Assembly: GCA_964248365.1 (NCBI GenBank)
Contig: CAXTYC010000004.1
Coordinates: 64,001-128,000, forward strand
DNA length: 64,000 nt
DNA from: an uncultured Chroococcidiopsis sp.
Lineage (GTDB): Bacteria; Cyanobacteriota; Cyanobacteriia; Cyanobacteriales; Chroococcidiopsidaceae
Direction of reading: 5' to 3'
The position numbers and the translations under genes were made by a program. Position 1 is the stretch's first letter; the number at the start of each line of letters is the position of its first letter. The notes under the pieces are model-generated. The model worked only from the letters and a program-made list of their open reading frames with translations. It had not been told where the DNA came from and searched no databases. Positions 41,780-54,511 of the stretch are shown here, one piece after another.

Positions 41780-41982
41780 GGCTTGGGAAAAACTGGCAAA
41801 GGTTAACACCGCTAATTGATGGACTGGCGCAAATTGGTAGAGTTTAATCAAGCTATAGGTGAAGATAAGTCAATATTTTGGGTGGTGGACAAAACTTCTT
41901 AAGCCCAGAGAGAAGATTGGATGCTGCTTTGTTAAGCAATCCAGAGTTATTTAAATTCTCTTAGGGTAACGGTAACAAAGAT

Positions 41983-42945
41983 ATGAAAATACAGCCGAGT
42001 GAGTTTAGGATTATAGATCTTTTTTCAGGATGCGGTGGATTATCACTTGGACTTAAAAATGCTGGCTTTAATATGGTTGCTGGTTTTGATAACTGGGAAT
42101 TAGCTATTAATATCTATCGCCGTAATTTTGCACACCAATCTTTCGTGATGGATATTAGGAATTTAGAGGAATTTGCAGCCTTACAAGAATTTAACCCAGA
42201 CATCATAGCTGGGGGACCACCTTGCCAAGATTTTTCTAGTGCTGGAAAAAGAGATGAAAGCTTAGGGAGAGGAGATTTAACAACTTCTTTTGCTAAGATT
42301 ATAGCTGCTGTTAAGCCTCAATTTTTTATTCTGGAAAATGTTGATAGATTTGTGAAAAGTGCAAAGTATGAAGAAGCTAAGATAATTCTTCAATCTGCTA
42401 AGTACGGTCTAAGTGAAAAAATCCTCAATGCTAGTTTTTGTGGTGTTCCACAAAGTAGAAAAAGATTTTTTTGGATTGGCGAAATTAACGGAGAAAATAA
42501 GAAGCTGGAGCCTTATTTAGAGGCTAATCTATCTGCTGAACCTATGACCATTAGACAATACTTTAGAAACATAGGAAAAGATTTAGATATTGAGCATTAC
42601 TATAGACATCCAAGAAGCTATAAGAGACGTGGAGTATTTAGCATTGATGAGCCTAGCCCAACAATTAGAGGAGTTAATCGACCAATCCCCAAAACATATA
42701 AACCTCACCCTGGTGATTCAGCAGCGATATCACCAGCTATACGTCCTTTAACTACTCTTGAAAGAAGTTATCTACAAACTTTTCCAGAAAACTTTATTTT
42801 TGAAGGCTCTAAAACTGACATTGAGCAAATGATTGGAAATGCTGTACCTGTTAAATTAGCTGAATATGTTGCTCGGTGTCTCGCTAAATATATTACAGAC
42901 TGTTCTAAAAAGCCTTCTGAAAACTTACAATTATCAAGATGTTAA
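41983..42945 (+). CDS. C5 DNA cytosine methyltransferase (M.HindV/M.HgiDI-like)
   Basis: FSGCGG, GPPCQDFS, ENV, QSRKR, target-recognition region YYRHPRSYKRRGVFSIDEPSPTIRGVNRP, GNAVP. Confidence 0.92.
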   Translation: MKIQPSEFRIIDLFSGCGGLSLGLKNAGFNMVAGFDNWELAINIYRRNFAHQSFVMDIRNLEEFAALQEFNPDIIAGGPPCQDFSSAGKRDESLGRGDLTTSFAKIIAAVKPQFFILENVDRFVKSAKYEEAKIILQSAKYGLSEKILNASFCGVPQSRKRFFWIGEINGENKKLEPYLEANLSAEPMTIRQYFRNIGKDLDIEHYYRHPRSYKRRGVFSIDEPSPTIRGVNRPIPKTYKPHPGDSAAISPAIRPLTTLERSYLQTFPENFIFEGSKTDIEQMIGNAVPVKLAEYVARCLAKYITDCSKKPSENLQLSRC

Positions 42946-43134
42946 AGCGAACAGAGACTATGCTCAACTGTCTGTCGTTTTAGATGTTGAGAACTATTCC
43001 TATGAAAGTCCAACATAAAATCTGTCTTAGTCAAAAGAATTTAAGTCTCTGTGTGACTCTCCCTAGAGGTGATTTCCCCGATCGCCGCTAATTGCTAACA
43101 TGAAAGCACAAACTTGAGCTGTGGAGTTCTTGCA

Positions 43135-43707
43135 GTGGGATTATTTGACGATTTCAGCCGCTTTCTGGAAAGCCGTTTAGAAGAATTCTTGCGGAATAAT
43201 CCTCATCTGGAGTTAGAAGCGCTATTAGAGCAGTTGCGCGAGCAAGAGGAAGATACCTTAAAGTTAATTTCACAACTCCAGTTGCAGGAAAAGCGATCGC
43301 AAGACGAAATCCTCGCTACAGCCCAAGAAATCCAAAAGTGGCATATTCGGGTAGAGAAAGCAAAGGTAGCTGGTAGACAAGATTTAGCGCAAGCAGCACA
43401 AGAGCGAGAAGCGGCGCTGTTACGGGAAGGTAATCAGCGTTGGGGACAGATGCAAGGTATAAAAGAACGCATTAACCAGGCAAAGGAACTGATAAAAAAG
43501 ATTCAGCAGCGTCGTCAAGAGGTGCAAACTAAAGCAGCGCAAGCCCAGGCTAACCGTACTAGTTATCAGGCTCAAGATCGCTTTGATACTACTGGCTGGA
43601 ATCAAAGTCGTAGCGTTTCTGGTAGTGGAGATGATTTAGAAGCTGCTTTTCGGCGCTGGGAAGCTCAGGATGAGTTAGAGCAGATGAAGCGGAATATGGG
43701 GAGATGA
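43135..43707 (+). CDS. TIGR04376 family (PspA/IM30-like) coiled-coil protein
   Basis: MGLFDDFSRFLESRLEEFLRNNPHLEL...DLEAAFRRWE. Confidence 0.85.
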   Translation: MGLFDDFSRFLESRLEEFLRNNPHLELEALLEQLREQEEDTLKLISQLQLQEKRSQDEILATAQEIQKWHIRVEKAKVAGRQDLAQAAQEREAALLREGNQRWGQMQGIKERINQAKELIKKIQQRRQEVQTKAAQAQANRTSYQAQDRFDTTGWNQSRSVSGSGDDLEAAFRRWEAQDELEQMKRNMGR

Positions 43708-43792
43708 TCTGGTTTTGAGTTGAAGATAATTTTGAGATAAAAGCACATAGCCTGGGGTTTAAACCCCAGGAAAGCAAAGAACGCGAAGATAG

Positions 43793-43900
43793 GTGAGGAA
43801 TCCGGTTTATTTCTGGCTGGGAGGGGTGCGGGTTCATCCGCATTTTTTGTTTGAGTCTTTGGCATTGGCGATCGCCACTTGGCTACTCTTGCCTAATGTA
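43793..43900 (+). pseudogene. N-terminal fragment of an Lgt-like (prolipoprotein diacylglyceryl transferase family) gene
   Basis: PVYFWLGGVRVHPHFLFESLA resembles the family N-terminus; similarity is lost shortly afterwards. Confidence 0.45.
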
Positions 43901-44168
43901 CCCAAGCGATTGTACCCACGAGGGCGTAGTTCTGTTAATATGTTTTACCGTGAAGGCAGTGCAGGCTGTAGCAAAGCGCCCCGATTCGTGAAATCTTTCT
44001 TGATGGTTGTCATTTGTTAATATTACGACTGTCCGAGTGTTAATCACCAATAACTAATGACTCTTGATTTTTGACCACCAATCCCTGTATTTTATAACTC
44101 AAATCGTATTGCTATATCACTTATTTACTAACCGTTTATAATAGCAGAATTTCAAAGGCTTGATAGGC

Positions 44169-44480
44169 ATGAAAACAAAAAAAGAATTAAATCAAATTAT
44201 TTTAGGTATTATTATGTTATTAATAATGCATAGTGCAGTATTAGTAATTTTAGTAATTCTGGCATATATTATTCGTTTATTTAACACGCTCTTAGCCGCT
44301 AATATCATTCTTCCAATTTTTTATATTGGATTATTGCAACTATTGTATGTAATTCCTGCTGTGATTTGGTTAAGGCAAAAGCAACAATGGGGCAGGATGA
44401 AAGGAGTGCTTGTTGGTGCAGGAATTACTGCTTTGCTTAATGTTGGCTTACTTGCTTTGTGGCTATTATCTTTCAAGTAA
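44169..44480 (+). CDS. Small membrane protein
   Basis: Three TM helices; IGLLQLLYVIP...MKGVLVGAGITALLN. Confidence 0.7.
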   Translation: MKTKKELNQIILGIIMLLIMHSAVLVILVILAYIIRLFNTLLAANIILPIFYIGLLQLLYVIPAVIWLRQKQQWGRMKGVLVGAGITALLNVGLLALWLLSFK

Positions 44481-44578
44481 GCTTTAGTAAATAAAATGGC
44501 ATGGCGTAAATGATTGCTGGGATATTTTATGTATCATAATTAAAGTTAAGGTAAGTTTTGAGTTTGATGTAACATTGT

Positions 44579-44860
44579 TTAATTGCATCGATTTTTTTCA
44601 TTGAAACGGTGTTGCTCATCTGTGCGATCGCCACTCGAAGAAATCGATCTGGTAGGAGAATAACCAGAATCAATAAATGAACTACTTTCAGCCGAAGAAT
44701 TGCCGAAAAAAGAGCCAAATTGTTTATTGTAGTTAGAGGCGATCGCCAAAAATGCCCCACCCAAGATATAAATGGGCATGGGTAGGGTTAGCTGTTGTAT
44801 CCAGTCAAACAGTTCGGCAAGAGCAAATAGTATGAAAAAGCAAGCAAGCCAAATCCTCAT
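44579..44860 (-). CDS. Small cyanobacterial membrane protein
   Basis: MRIWLACFFILFALAELFDW...PIYILGGAFLAIASNY. Confidence 0.75.
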   Translation of the reverse strand: MRIWLACFFILFALAELFDWIQQLTLPMPIYILGGAFLAIASNYNKQFGSFFGNSSAESSSFIDSGYSPTRSISSSGDRTDEQHRFNEKNRCN

Positions 44861-44968
44861 AGTTCACCCCAATCTACTCAAACTATATCAATAGCTAGAG
44901 GATAATAGATCTTTGAGCATTATGCTATTAAGGTGCGTTACTTGGCTAACGCACCCTACGGTTGGTGA

Positions 44969-46204
44969 TTAAGGGCATGGGATAGATCCTTGTGCTGAAC
45001 CACCTGGAAGCCAAACACGTAGGCTGCGCCCTCTTTGAAGGTAACCAGGAGGAGCAGACGCGCAGGCTATGCGATCGCGCACACCAACCGCCGTATCTGG
45101 ATTATCGCTAAATAAGCCATCCACACCTAATCTGAAAAACTGTTCGTATTCCTCTTGTGGATTACCGTTATAATCTTGAGCGAGGAAGTAATCTTCATTA
45201 CGGAATGTGTAGGGATGGACGAGTAAGCCTGCTGCATGAGCATCGTCTACTAAAGTAGTGGGTTCTTGCAATCGTCTATCTGCGTCACTGATTTGCCCAT
45301 CTCCATTGAGATCGTCAGGCTGTCCATCTCCATTATCGTCAACTGTTTGAGCAGGAACGATTAATCTTTTAGAAGGTCCAATCCCGTCAGCATATTGGGC
45401 AATATTACTTAATTCCTCTGGGGATGTCAAATCGCCATAAGTGCGAGGATCGCCGCCCGCTACAAAATCATAAGGTTGTTCATTCACATCTCCAAATAAC
45501 TGAACTAAAGGCACTTGTATTAATTCATTTAGTTCTTTAAGATTTGCTGTTTCAAATGATTGGATAAATACAGGATCGTTCGCGTCTGCTAATCCATTAG
45601 CTTGGAGAGCTGCAACTAAAGGCTGTTCCAGAGATAAACCGATGGAATCAAAGTAGGTGGGGTGTTTGGTTTCTGGGTAAATACCAATAATTCGCCCAGT
45701 TTCAATAGTTTTTTGCTTTGCTAAATCAATTACTTCTTGGAAAGTAGGTATTTCAAATTGTCCATCATATTGAGCGGAAAGGGGGCGAAATTGAGGAATG
45801 CGCTCTTTTGCTCGAAGTGTTTTGATTTCTGCTAAAGTAAAGTCTTCTGTAAACCAGCCAGTAACTTCTACTCCATCAATTACTTTGGTGGTTTTGCGGT
45901 TAGCAAACTCTGGGCGTAGGGCTACATCAGTAGTACCAGAAATTTCGTTTTCATGCCGAGCAATCAAAACGCCGTCAAGGGTGGAAACCAAATCTGGTTC
46001 AATATAATCAGCACCAAGAGCGATCGCTAACTCATATGATGCTAGTGTATGCTCTGGACGGTAGCCGCTAGCTCCCCGATGTCCAATTACAATCGGACTT
46101 GCACCTGTCAAAGTTTCTGCTACCGATTGAGCTTGTAATTTATCAGCACTAAAAATTCCCATAACTGCTGATGCTACCAATATTAACCGAGAAAAACGCA
46201 ACAT
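44969..46204 (-). CDS. Secreted glycerophosphodiester phosphodiesterase
   Basis: Signal peptide, [40 protein letters not shown]. Confidence 0.93.
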   Translation of the reverse strand: MLRFSRLILVASAVMGIFSADKLQAQSVAETLTGASPIVIGHRGASGYRPEHTLASYELAIALGADYIEPDLVSTLDGVLIARHENEISGTTDVALRPEFANRKTTKVIDGVEVTGWFTEDFTLAEIKTLRAKERIPQFRPLSAQYDGQFEIPTFQEVIDLAKQKTIETGRIIGIYPETKHPTYFDSIGLSLEQPLVAALQANGLADANDPVFIQSFETANLKELNELIQVPLVQLFGDVNEQPYDFVAGGDPRTYGDLTSPEELSNIAQYADGIGPSKRLIVPAQTVDDNGDGQPDDLNGDGQISDADRRLQEPTTLVDDAHAAGLLVHPYTFRNEDYFLAQDYNGNPQEEYEQFFRLGVDGLFSDNPDTAVGVRDRIACASAPPGYLQRGRSLRVWLPGGSAQGSIPCP

Positions 46205-46787
46205 AACTCGATTGGTCAAAACAGAACTTGAAAATCTCAAAGCCAAAATTTCTACATAGTAGGAGCGGTTTTTTCCAATATCTCTGTTGCTGCACATTTG
46301 TTTTTTTCCTAATTTTGTAGTGAATATACGTTGCTTGAATTAAGCTCTAGTTAATAGAAAATTAAATTTATTTGAAGTTGAACTTCATTATATAATAAAA
46401 TCTAGATAACTTTCCTTTCTTAGAAAATGTTTGATAAGTAGGGTGGGCATTGCCCACCCTACTTTTGCTTAAAGATGAGTTTCGATAAGGACTTAATGTA
46501 TTACGTAATTTCCTAACATCCTCTTAGCTCAATTGAGCAAGATATCTCAATTAAAGCGTTTATTTGGGAAAATAGGTTAAATTTCAAAATCGGTCGAAGT
46601 TTTTATGAATTTACTAAAACAGAAACTATTCAATTGACACAAATAAATTATTTTAATGGATGGGACAACAAGTGTTTTGTTTGAAGGAGCAGTCAGGGAA
46701 ATTTTAGGGCGCATTATGGGGGCGACGGTTCGCATTAAACCGAGTAACCTAGAAAAGTATGTTGTTTTGTCCAAAGCACAGAGCTAA

Positions 46788-49010
<2,223 letters not shown>

Positions 49011-49015
49011 CGAAC

Positions 49016-49086
49016 CGCCAAGACGCGAAGAACGCAAAGGTAGAGGAGAGTTTTAATCTAGACTTTTGCGGCTTTGCGTCTTGGCG
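49016..49086. repeat. Inverted-repeat dispersed element
   Basis: CGCCAAGACGC...GCGTCTTGGCG; related half-unit AAGAACGCGAAG near 43777. Confidence 0.7.
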
Positions 49087-49109
49087 TGACATAAATCCAA
49101 AATATTGTA

Positions 49110-50030
49110 ATGCCTCTTCATCAAACTTCTGGTCGTTGGCAGTTAGGGTTAGCATTGTCGCTGTTGACTGTCCTGTTGTGGGGCGTTTTGCCGATCGCCC
49201 TCAAAATAACTCTGCAAGTTTTAGATGTCTATACATTGACTTGGTTTCGGTTTGTGGTTGCTTTTGGGCTGCTGGCTATTTATTTGCTCTTTAGGCGAAA
49301 ATTACCTACACTGCAACAGTTATCAGCAAGTGTTGGAATGCTTGCGATCGCTACGATATTTCTAGGGCTGAATTATTTGTTTTTCTCGCAAGGTTTGGCT
49401 CAAACTTCAGCTAATAATGCTGAGGTTTTGATTCAACTTGCGCCTGTTTTGTTTGGGTTGGGTGCGATCGCTATATTCAAAGAACGCTACACTTTAGGGC
49501 AATGGGTAGGGATGGCTGTGTTAACGCTGGGGTTCGTCCTGTTTTTCCATGAGCAATTACGCAGTTTAATTACAACAGCCTCAGAGTATCTAGTGGGTAG
49601 TAGTTTACTGGTAATTGCCGCAGCAGCTTGGGCTATTTATGCTCTGGCACAAAAGCAACTTTTACAAAGTTTGCCATCCGCTAGCGTTATGCTAATGATC
49701 TACGGTGGCTGTGCGTTGTTGTTCAGCCCGTTTGCTGCTCCTCAAAAAATTTTAACGCTTAGTCCTTTACCCTTGGGAAGGTTGCTTTTTTGTGGGTTGA
49801 ATACCTTGGTGGCTTACGGTGCTTTTGGCGCGGCTTTGGAACACTGGGAAGCTTCGCGGGTAAGTGCAGTGCTAGCACTGGCTCCGATTTGCACATTGGT
49901 AGCAGTAGAAGTTTTTTCATCTCTAATGCCAAATTTGATAGCACCAGAACCACTGACGATATTAGCAATAGTGGGGGCGATTTTGGTAGTTTCAGGAGCG
50001 ATGGTGATCGCACTGGGAAGAAAGCGGTAA
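49110..50030 (+). CDS. DMT/EamA family transporter
   Basis: About 10 TM helices; LLWG, WFRF, FKER. Confidence 0.93.
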   Translation: MPLHQTSGRWQLGLALSLLTVLLWGVLPIALKITLQVLDVYTLTWFRFVVAFGLLAIYLLFRRKLPTLQQLSASVGMLAIATIFLGLNYLFFSQGLAQTSANNAEVLIQLAPVLFGLGAIAIFKERYTLGQWVGMAVLTLGFVLFFHEQLRSLITTASEYLVGSSLLVIAAAAWAIYALAQKQLLQSLPSASVMLMIYGGCALLFSPFAAPQKILTLSPLPLGRLLFCGLNTLVAYGAFGAALEHWEASRVSAVLALAPICTLVAVEVFSSLMPNLIAPEPLTILAIVGAILVVSGAMVIALGRKR

Positions 50031-50034
50031 TACC

Positions 50035-50236
50035 ATTTTAGATTTTAGATTTTGGATTTTAGATTGGTAGTTGGTAGTTGGTAGTTGGTAGTTGGTAGTT
50101 GGTAATTGGTAATTGGTAATTGGTAATTCCCCCCAACTCCCCCAACTCCCCCTCCTCTCACCCCCTCTCCCTCTCTCCCCTCTCCCCCTCCCCCTCCTCT
50201 TTCCCCCAGCCCCTAGCCCCCAGCCCCTAGCCCCTC
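50035..50236. repeat. Composite STRR array
   Basis: (TTTTAGA)n, (TGGTAGT)n, (TGGTAAT)n, C-rich units. Confidence 0.9.
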
Positions 50237-51355
50237 CTATAGTTGCTTACCCAGCCACTTGCGGAAGTTAGAATGATACAGGCTGTAACCCATTTCTCCT
50301 TTGATTGGTTGCTGCTGCAAGAACTCCAGCCAATTTTCTAGCGCTAGCTCAACTTCGTATTCGTCTTGATCAATAATTTGGGCGATCGCGTGGGCTGATA
50401 TTGGTTGTTCTTGCCGTACTAGGACGTACAACACTGCTAACTCAAACGAGGACAAATCTACTTTCTTCATGCGTTGCCAGTGGCTTTGGTAATATGCCTC
50501 TAAACCAGGAGGTAGCTGCTCGAAGTCGAACTGATTGGGGTCGAAATAAGGGGCAATGGTAGGTAAAATCTGGCTGAGGTACATGAAATTGTTTTCGCTG
50601 GCTGCTGTTAGGCGTGTAATGAATTTTTGCTCAGTTAGGTATTGCTGAATATATGCCTGCACATCTTTCCGGTTTTGCTCTGGATAATTTGCTAAATCAA
50701 GAGTCTGCGACGCAGTTTCGATTAATAAACCGGATCTATCTCTGGGGAAAGGGCGACGGGTGAGGAGAAAATAGACGCGATCTGGGAGATATCTGGGAAG
50801 ATAAAATAGATTTGAGCCAGCAGATTGACTGTTGGGGTCAATGCGATCTAGTCCATCAATAGCAATGATTAGGTGCTGTGGTGGTTCTAGCAAATCGCTA
50901 ATTTTCTGAAGTAGGAGGGAGAGAAACCAACTGCCTTGTGTGGCGTTATCGGGGAGTGCGATCGCACTTATTGGATCGGATTTAATTTGATCTGCTGTTT
51001 GCTTACCTATAGACAGGCTCTTTTCACCCCTAATATCACCTATTGTGTGTATTAATTGGGTACAGATATTCCTGAGAAATTCCTCTGCTTGATTTTTACA
51101 TTCAACTTCAGCGGTGTAATAGACAACAAAGGGATGTGAGGTAACATACTTGGCAAGGACGGCACTTTTGCCGCTACCTGGTACGCCAACAATAGTGAAG
51201 TACCCCGCGTTATGACAGTTGATAAAGTCGGAAATGGCAGTGAAGATAAAAGAGCGACCGACGAAGTTTTGGCTTTTTTCGCGCACTCGTTGCTGAAATT
51301 GGGTCAGGTAGGAGGCGGTATAGATCGAAGCTGGCGATCGCGGCGGGATGTTCAT
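50237..51355 (-). CDS. STAND/NACHT-like P-loop ATPase with winged-helix C-terminus
   Basis: FVGR, GVPGSGKS (Walker A), IAIDGLD (Walker B), SENNFMYL, YSLYHSNF. Confidence 0.85.
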   Translation of the reverse strand: MNIPPRSPASIYTASYLTQFQQRVREKSQNFVGRSFIFTAISDFINCHNAGYFTIVGVPGSGKSAVLAKYVTSHPFVVYYTAEVECKNQAEEFLRNICTQLIHTIGDIRGEKSLSIGKQTADQIKSDPISAIALPDNATQGSWFLSLLLQKISDLLEPPQHLIIAIDGLDRIDPNSQSAGSNLFYLPRYLPDRVYFLLTRRPFPRDRSGLLIETASQTLDLANYPEQNRKDVQAYIQQYLTEQKFITRLTAASENNFMYLSQILPTIAPYFDPNQFDFEQLPPGLEAYYQSHWQRMKKVDLSSFELAVLYVLVRQEQPISAHAIAQIIDQDEYEVELALENWLEFLQQQPIKGEMGYSLYHSNFRKWLGKQL

Positions 51356-51357
51356 AG

Positions 51358-52182
51358 CTATGCCTCTATTCCTTCCAGCCGCAGGAAATGCACTTGCCCT
51401 GATTCCTCACCCACCACAATTGTCACTCCATCTGGCACAACAGCACAGCACGATATTGGACTATCTCCCCAGAAACTAGTCACTTCCTTGCCCGTTGCCA
51501 AGTCCCAGACTTTGAGTGTCCTGTCATCTGAACCTGATATCGCCTGCAAGCCATTGGGGTTAACGGCTACTGCACTTACACTGCTGCTATGACCTGTGAG
51601 GGTGAATAGTTCCTTGCCCGTTGCCAAGTCCCAGACTTTGAGTGTTTTGTCAAGTGAACCAGAGATTGCCTGCAAGCCATTGGGGCTGAAAGCTACTGCA
51701 TCTACATAGCTGCTATGACCTATGAGGGTACGTAGCAACCGCCCACCAGAGGGAGTTAAGCTAGTTGTCAAGGGACGCAACCAAAGTGCAGCTTGCCTCT
51801 GCTTTGCCTGTGACAGCATTGCCTGAATTTCTGGCACGTCAAAGAGCAGCAACCTTCCCCACAATTGCCCTGCCAGTTGCGTTGTATCCCTAGCAACAAT
51901 ATGTGCTGACAGTCGCAATGCCCCTTGAATTAATTTCAGCGATTTGACTTTTTGCTCCGGTTTAGTTGAAATTTCTGAATTGTCAATCAAGTCATAATCA
52001 TCAATCAGCGCCTGCACCCCAAAATCAGGATGGTTAATCTTTGCCGCTATGAAGTTGAAATCAGCCAGAGTTTTGTAATACTTTTCTAAATTTCCTGACT
52101 GCACTAAATTGTAAGGATACCTGCCCAGATAAGCTTTTAGGGAGTAGGACTTTTTTGCTATTGATTTATTAGCATTCATCAT
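51358..52182 (-). CDS. WD40 repeat protein with helical N-terminus, only about 3 repeats
   Basis: GHSSYVDAVAFSP...TLKVWD repeats; N-terminal DFNFIAAK...ALRLSAH...QLAGQLWGRL. Confidence 0.85.
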   Translation of the reverse strand: MMNANKSIAKKSYSLKAYLGRYPYNLVQSGNLEKYYKTLADFNFIAAKINHPDFGVQALIDDYDLIDNSEISTKPEQKVKSLKLIQGALRLSAHIVARDTTQLAGQLWGRLLLFDVPEIQAMLSQAKQRQAALWLRPLTTSLTPSGGRLLRTLIGHSSYVDAVAFSPNGLQAISGSLDKTLKVWDLATGKELFTLTGHSSSVSAVAVNPNGLQAISGSDDRTLKVWDLATGKEVTSFWGDSPISCCAVVPDGVTIVVGEESGQVHFLRLEGIEA

Positions 52183-53746
52183 CTGCGTCCATCTCCCTTT
52201 TCCAGTAGTCAACAATGCGTTGATTAACATCCCGAAATAACTTCCGCTTTGAATCCAAATCTCTCTTTCGATTCAAGAAGTCAAGGAAACTGGTGTGATA
52301 GATACTGTAGCAGATATCCTCTTCTACTTTTTGCTCCTTCAAATACTCAACCCACTCATCTAAAATCGATTGCACATCATACTCATCTTGGTCAGCAATT
52401 TTAGCAATCATTTCACACCCAATTGCCGTACCAATCTCCACCAAAATAAACAGGATAATCACCTTCATTTCTTTGAGTGCGTCATCCATCCCCATCCGCA
52501 CCCAATGTTGTTGATAGTAGTCCTGAAGACCATCGGGCAATTGCTTTAAATTTAAGTCCTTATAGACACCACGAGCAATGTCTGGTAGGACATAGCGCAG
52601 ATACATAAAATTGTTTTCACTCTTGTGGGCTACCTTTTCAGTAAATTCGTCATCATTGATATTGCGCTCGTGAATCCACTTTCTTAGAGCATCTTTATAT
52701 TCAGAGTCGTGATGTAGAAATAACTGAATATACTCTTTCACATCATCACGACTCAAATCTGCATAATTCCTTAAGTCTAACTCCTCTACTGGAACCCCAG
52801 GAGACAGAAATAGTCTCTTTGCTTCTAGGATGTAAGGTCGTCTAGTCAGCAAGAAATAGACTCCTTCTGGGAGTGTCGTGGGTAAATATAAAAGATTATC
52901 CCCTGGTTCTTGTTCCACTTCATCGAGCGCATCAACCACAATCACAAGTCGTTGACCAGAGGAAAGTGTTTTGCTAACTTTTTCCAGTAAAGTTGGTAAA
53001 TCAGCTTTCTCTGCATCCTGCAACTGGTAATGCTTAATCAGTTGTTTACGAATACTATCTAAAAACTGTTCGGGTCGATTGCGACCCTCAGCGCGAATAT
53101 TGAAATAGCAAGGGTATTTGTAGTCACGAACGTACTTAGCAGCAATGGTACTTTTCCCCATTCCCGCCTCCCCCACTAGGGTAAAGTAGCCCTTGGTATT
53201 GTTATTTATGAATTGTGCCAAAGTATCAAAAACAAATTGGCGACCACAAAAAGACCGAACTTTTTCTTGAATTAATGGTTTAAATTCTTCTGGGTACTCA
53301 TCCAGATTCCAGTCTGGGTAAGGCTGAAAATCTGGCGATTTACTACGTCGTGCTACGTTGATAAAAACTTTTCCAAATTTTTATAACTGGGGACGGATGT
53401 CTATTCTCGATTCTCTAATTTCATCTCCTAAGATATTCCACTCAAGGAATTTTTCTACTTCTTGGAAGAAACCTAATGGATTATTTGAAGTATAAGCTTG
53501 CCAAAAAGCATTTTTAATCTCTTTTTCTCTAAAAAGTTTAAGAATTGGCTCTGGCTTAAACGCGCCATACTCTACTAAAGTGTAAACATAAAGACCATCA
53601 ACATCTTTGGGAGGCTGTACCGGATCAAGGTTTAATTCTTTTAGAATTTTGACTACAATTTCATTGCGTTGAGCTTGATTTAAGACTTTTGAACCCAAAG
53701 AATTGACAATACTAGTAATCGTTTTTACTAAGTTTGGGTCTGTCAT
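52169..53746 (-). pseudogene. STAND/NACHT-like ATPase split by one in-frame stop
   Basis: ORFs 53381-53746 and 52169-53221 share a frame, separated only by TAA at 53381-53383; FCGR, GEAGMGKS, VVDALDE, SENNFMYL. Confidence 0.85.
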
Positions 53747-54511
53747 TACGATTAAATCTCAATTTTTAGTATTATAGTTACAGTTAGGTGCAGCCAACTG
53801 TCAAATAGTCTATTAGTTAATTTATTCAACGCCATCAAAGCTAATTCCAACAATTTTATCAAATCTTAATTAGCCACCCATGCCCACCATTATCAGAAGG
53901 AGTGGGCATGGGTGGCATACTATGTATTAATAAATACAAGAGTGTTAATGTAAGAAAGAGAATTTAGCGCAAAGTCTTCTCTGGAGCAATAAACTCTAAC
54001 CGCGCTAATACTATAGTTTTGTTAATGCAGGTATTGCGGAACGCTACGATAGTTTAAAGTTGGAAGGATCACGAACAAGTGCCTCCTGTTGCGCGATCGC
54101 GTCCTGTTTCTCGTCAGCACATTCAAAATCCATAACTAGAAAAATAACAAACCCAGCATCTGGATAAGCAACAGCGCAATCATCAAAACATCAAATTAAC
54201 TGTTGCAATTTATTCATTTCTTATCCTGAGTGCGGCGAAAAGCAATAATCTTGATTTTGCGTTTTGAAACCCAGATAGATCAGCTATTTGGAAATCCCCA
54301 GTAATAAAGCAATTACCAATTACCTGAAAGCTATTGTTCACGAATGAATCAGGATAGCTGTACTATACTCTATTTGCATTGATTTATTAAGAAATTTTAC
54401 ATAAATCTGTGTGTGTCCAAGAAAGAAAGGCGCAGGTTGAAGTAATAACTAATAGAGCAAAATCTCAAGTTTGTAGCTTGCGATCGCCTAGTTAATTAAG
54501 GATATTTAAAT

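Noticed and set aside
41983..42945. HIP1-associated CGATCG methyltransferase
   Set aside because: The target recognition region resembles GRCGYC-type enzymes; cannot be assigned to HIP1 without a search.
46656..46787. 43-aa ORF MDGTTSVLFEGAVREIL... upstream of ligA
   Set aside because: No RBS or recognisable motif; cannot be distinguished from chance.
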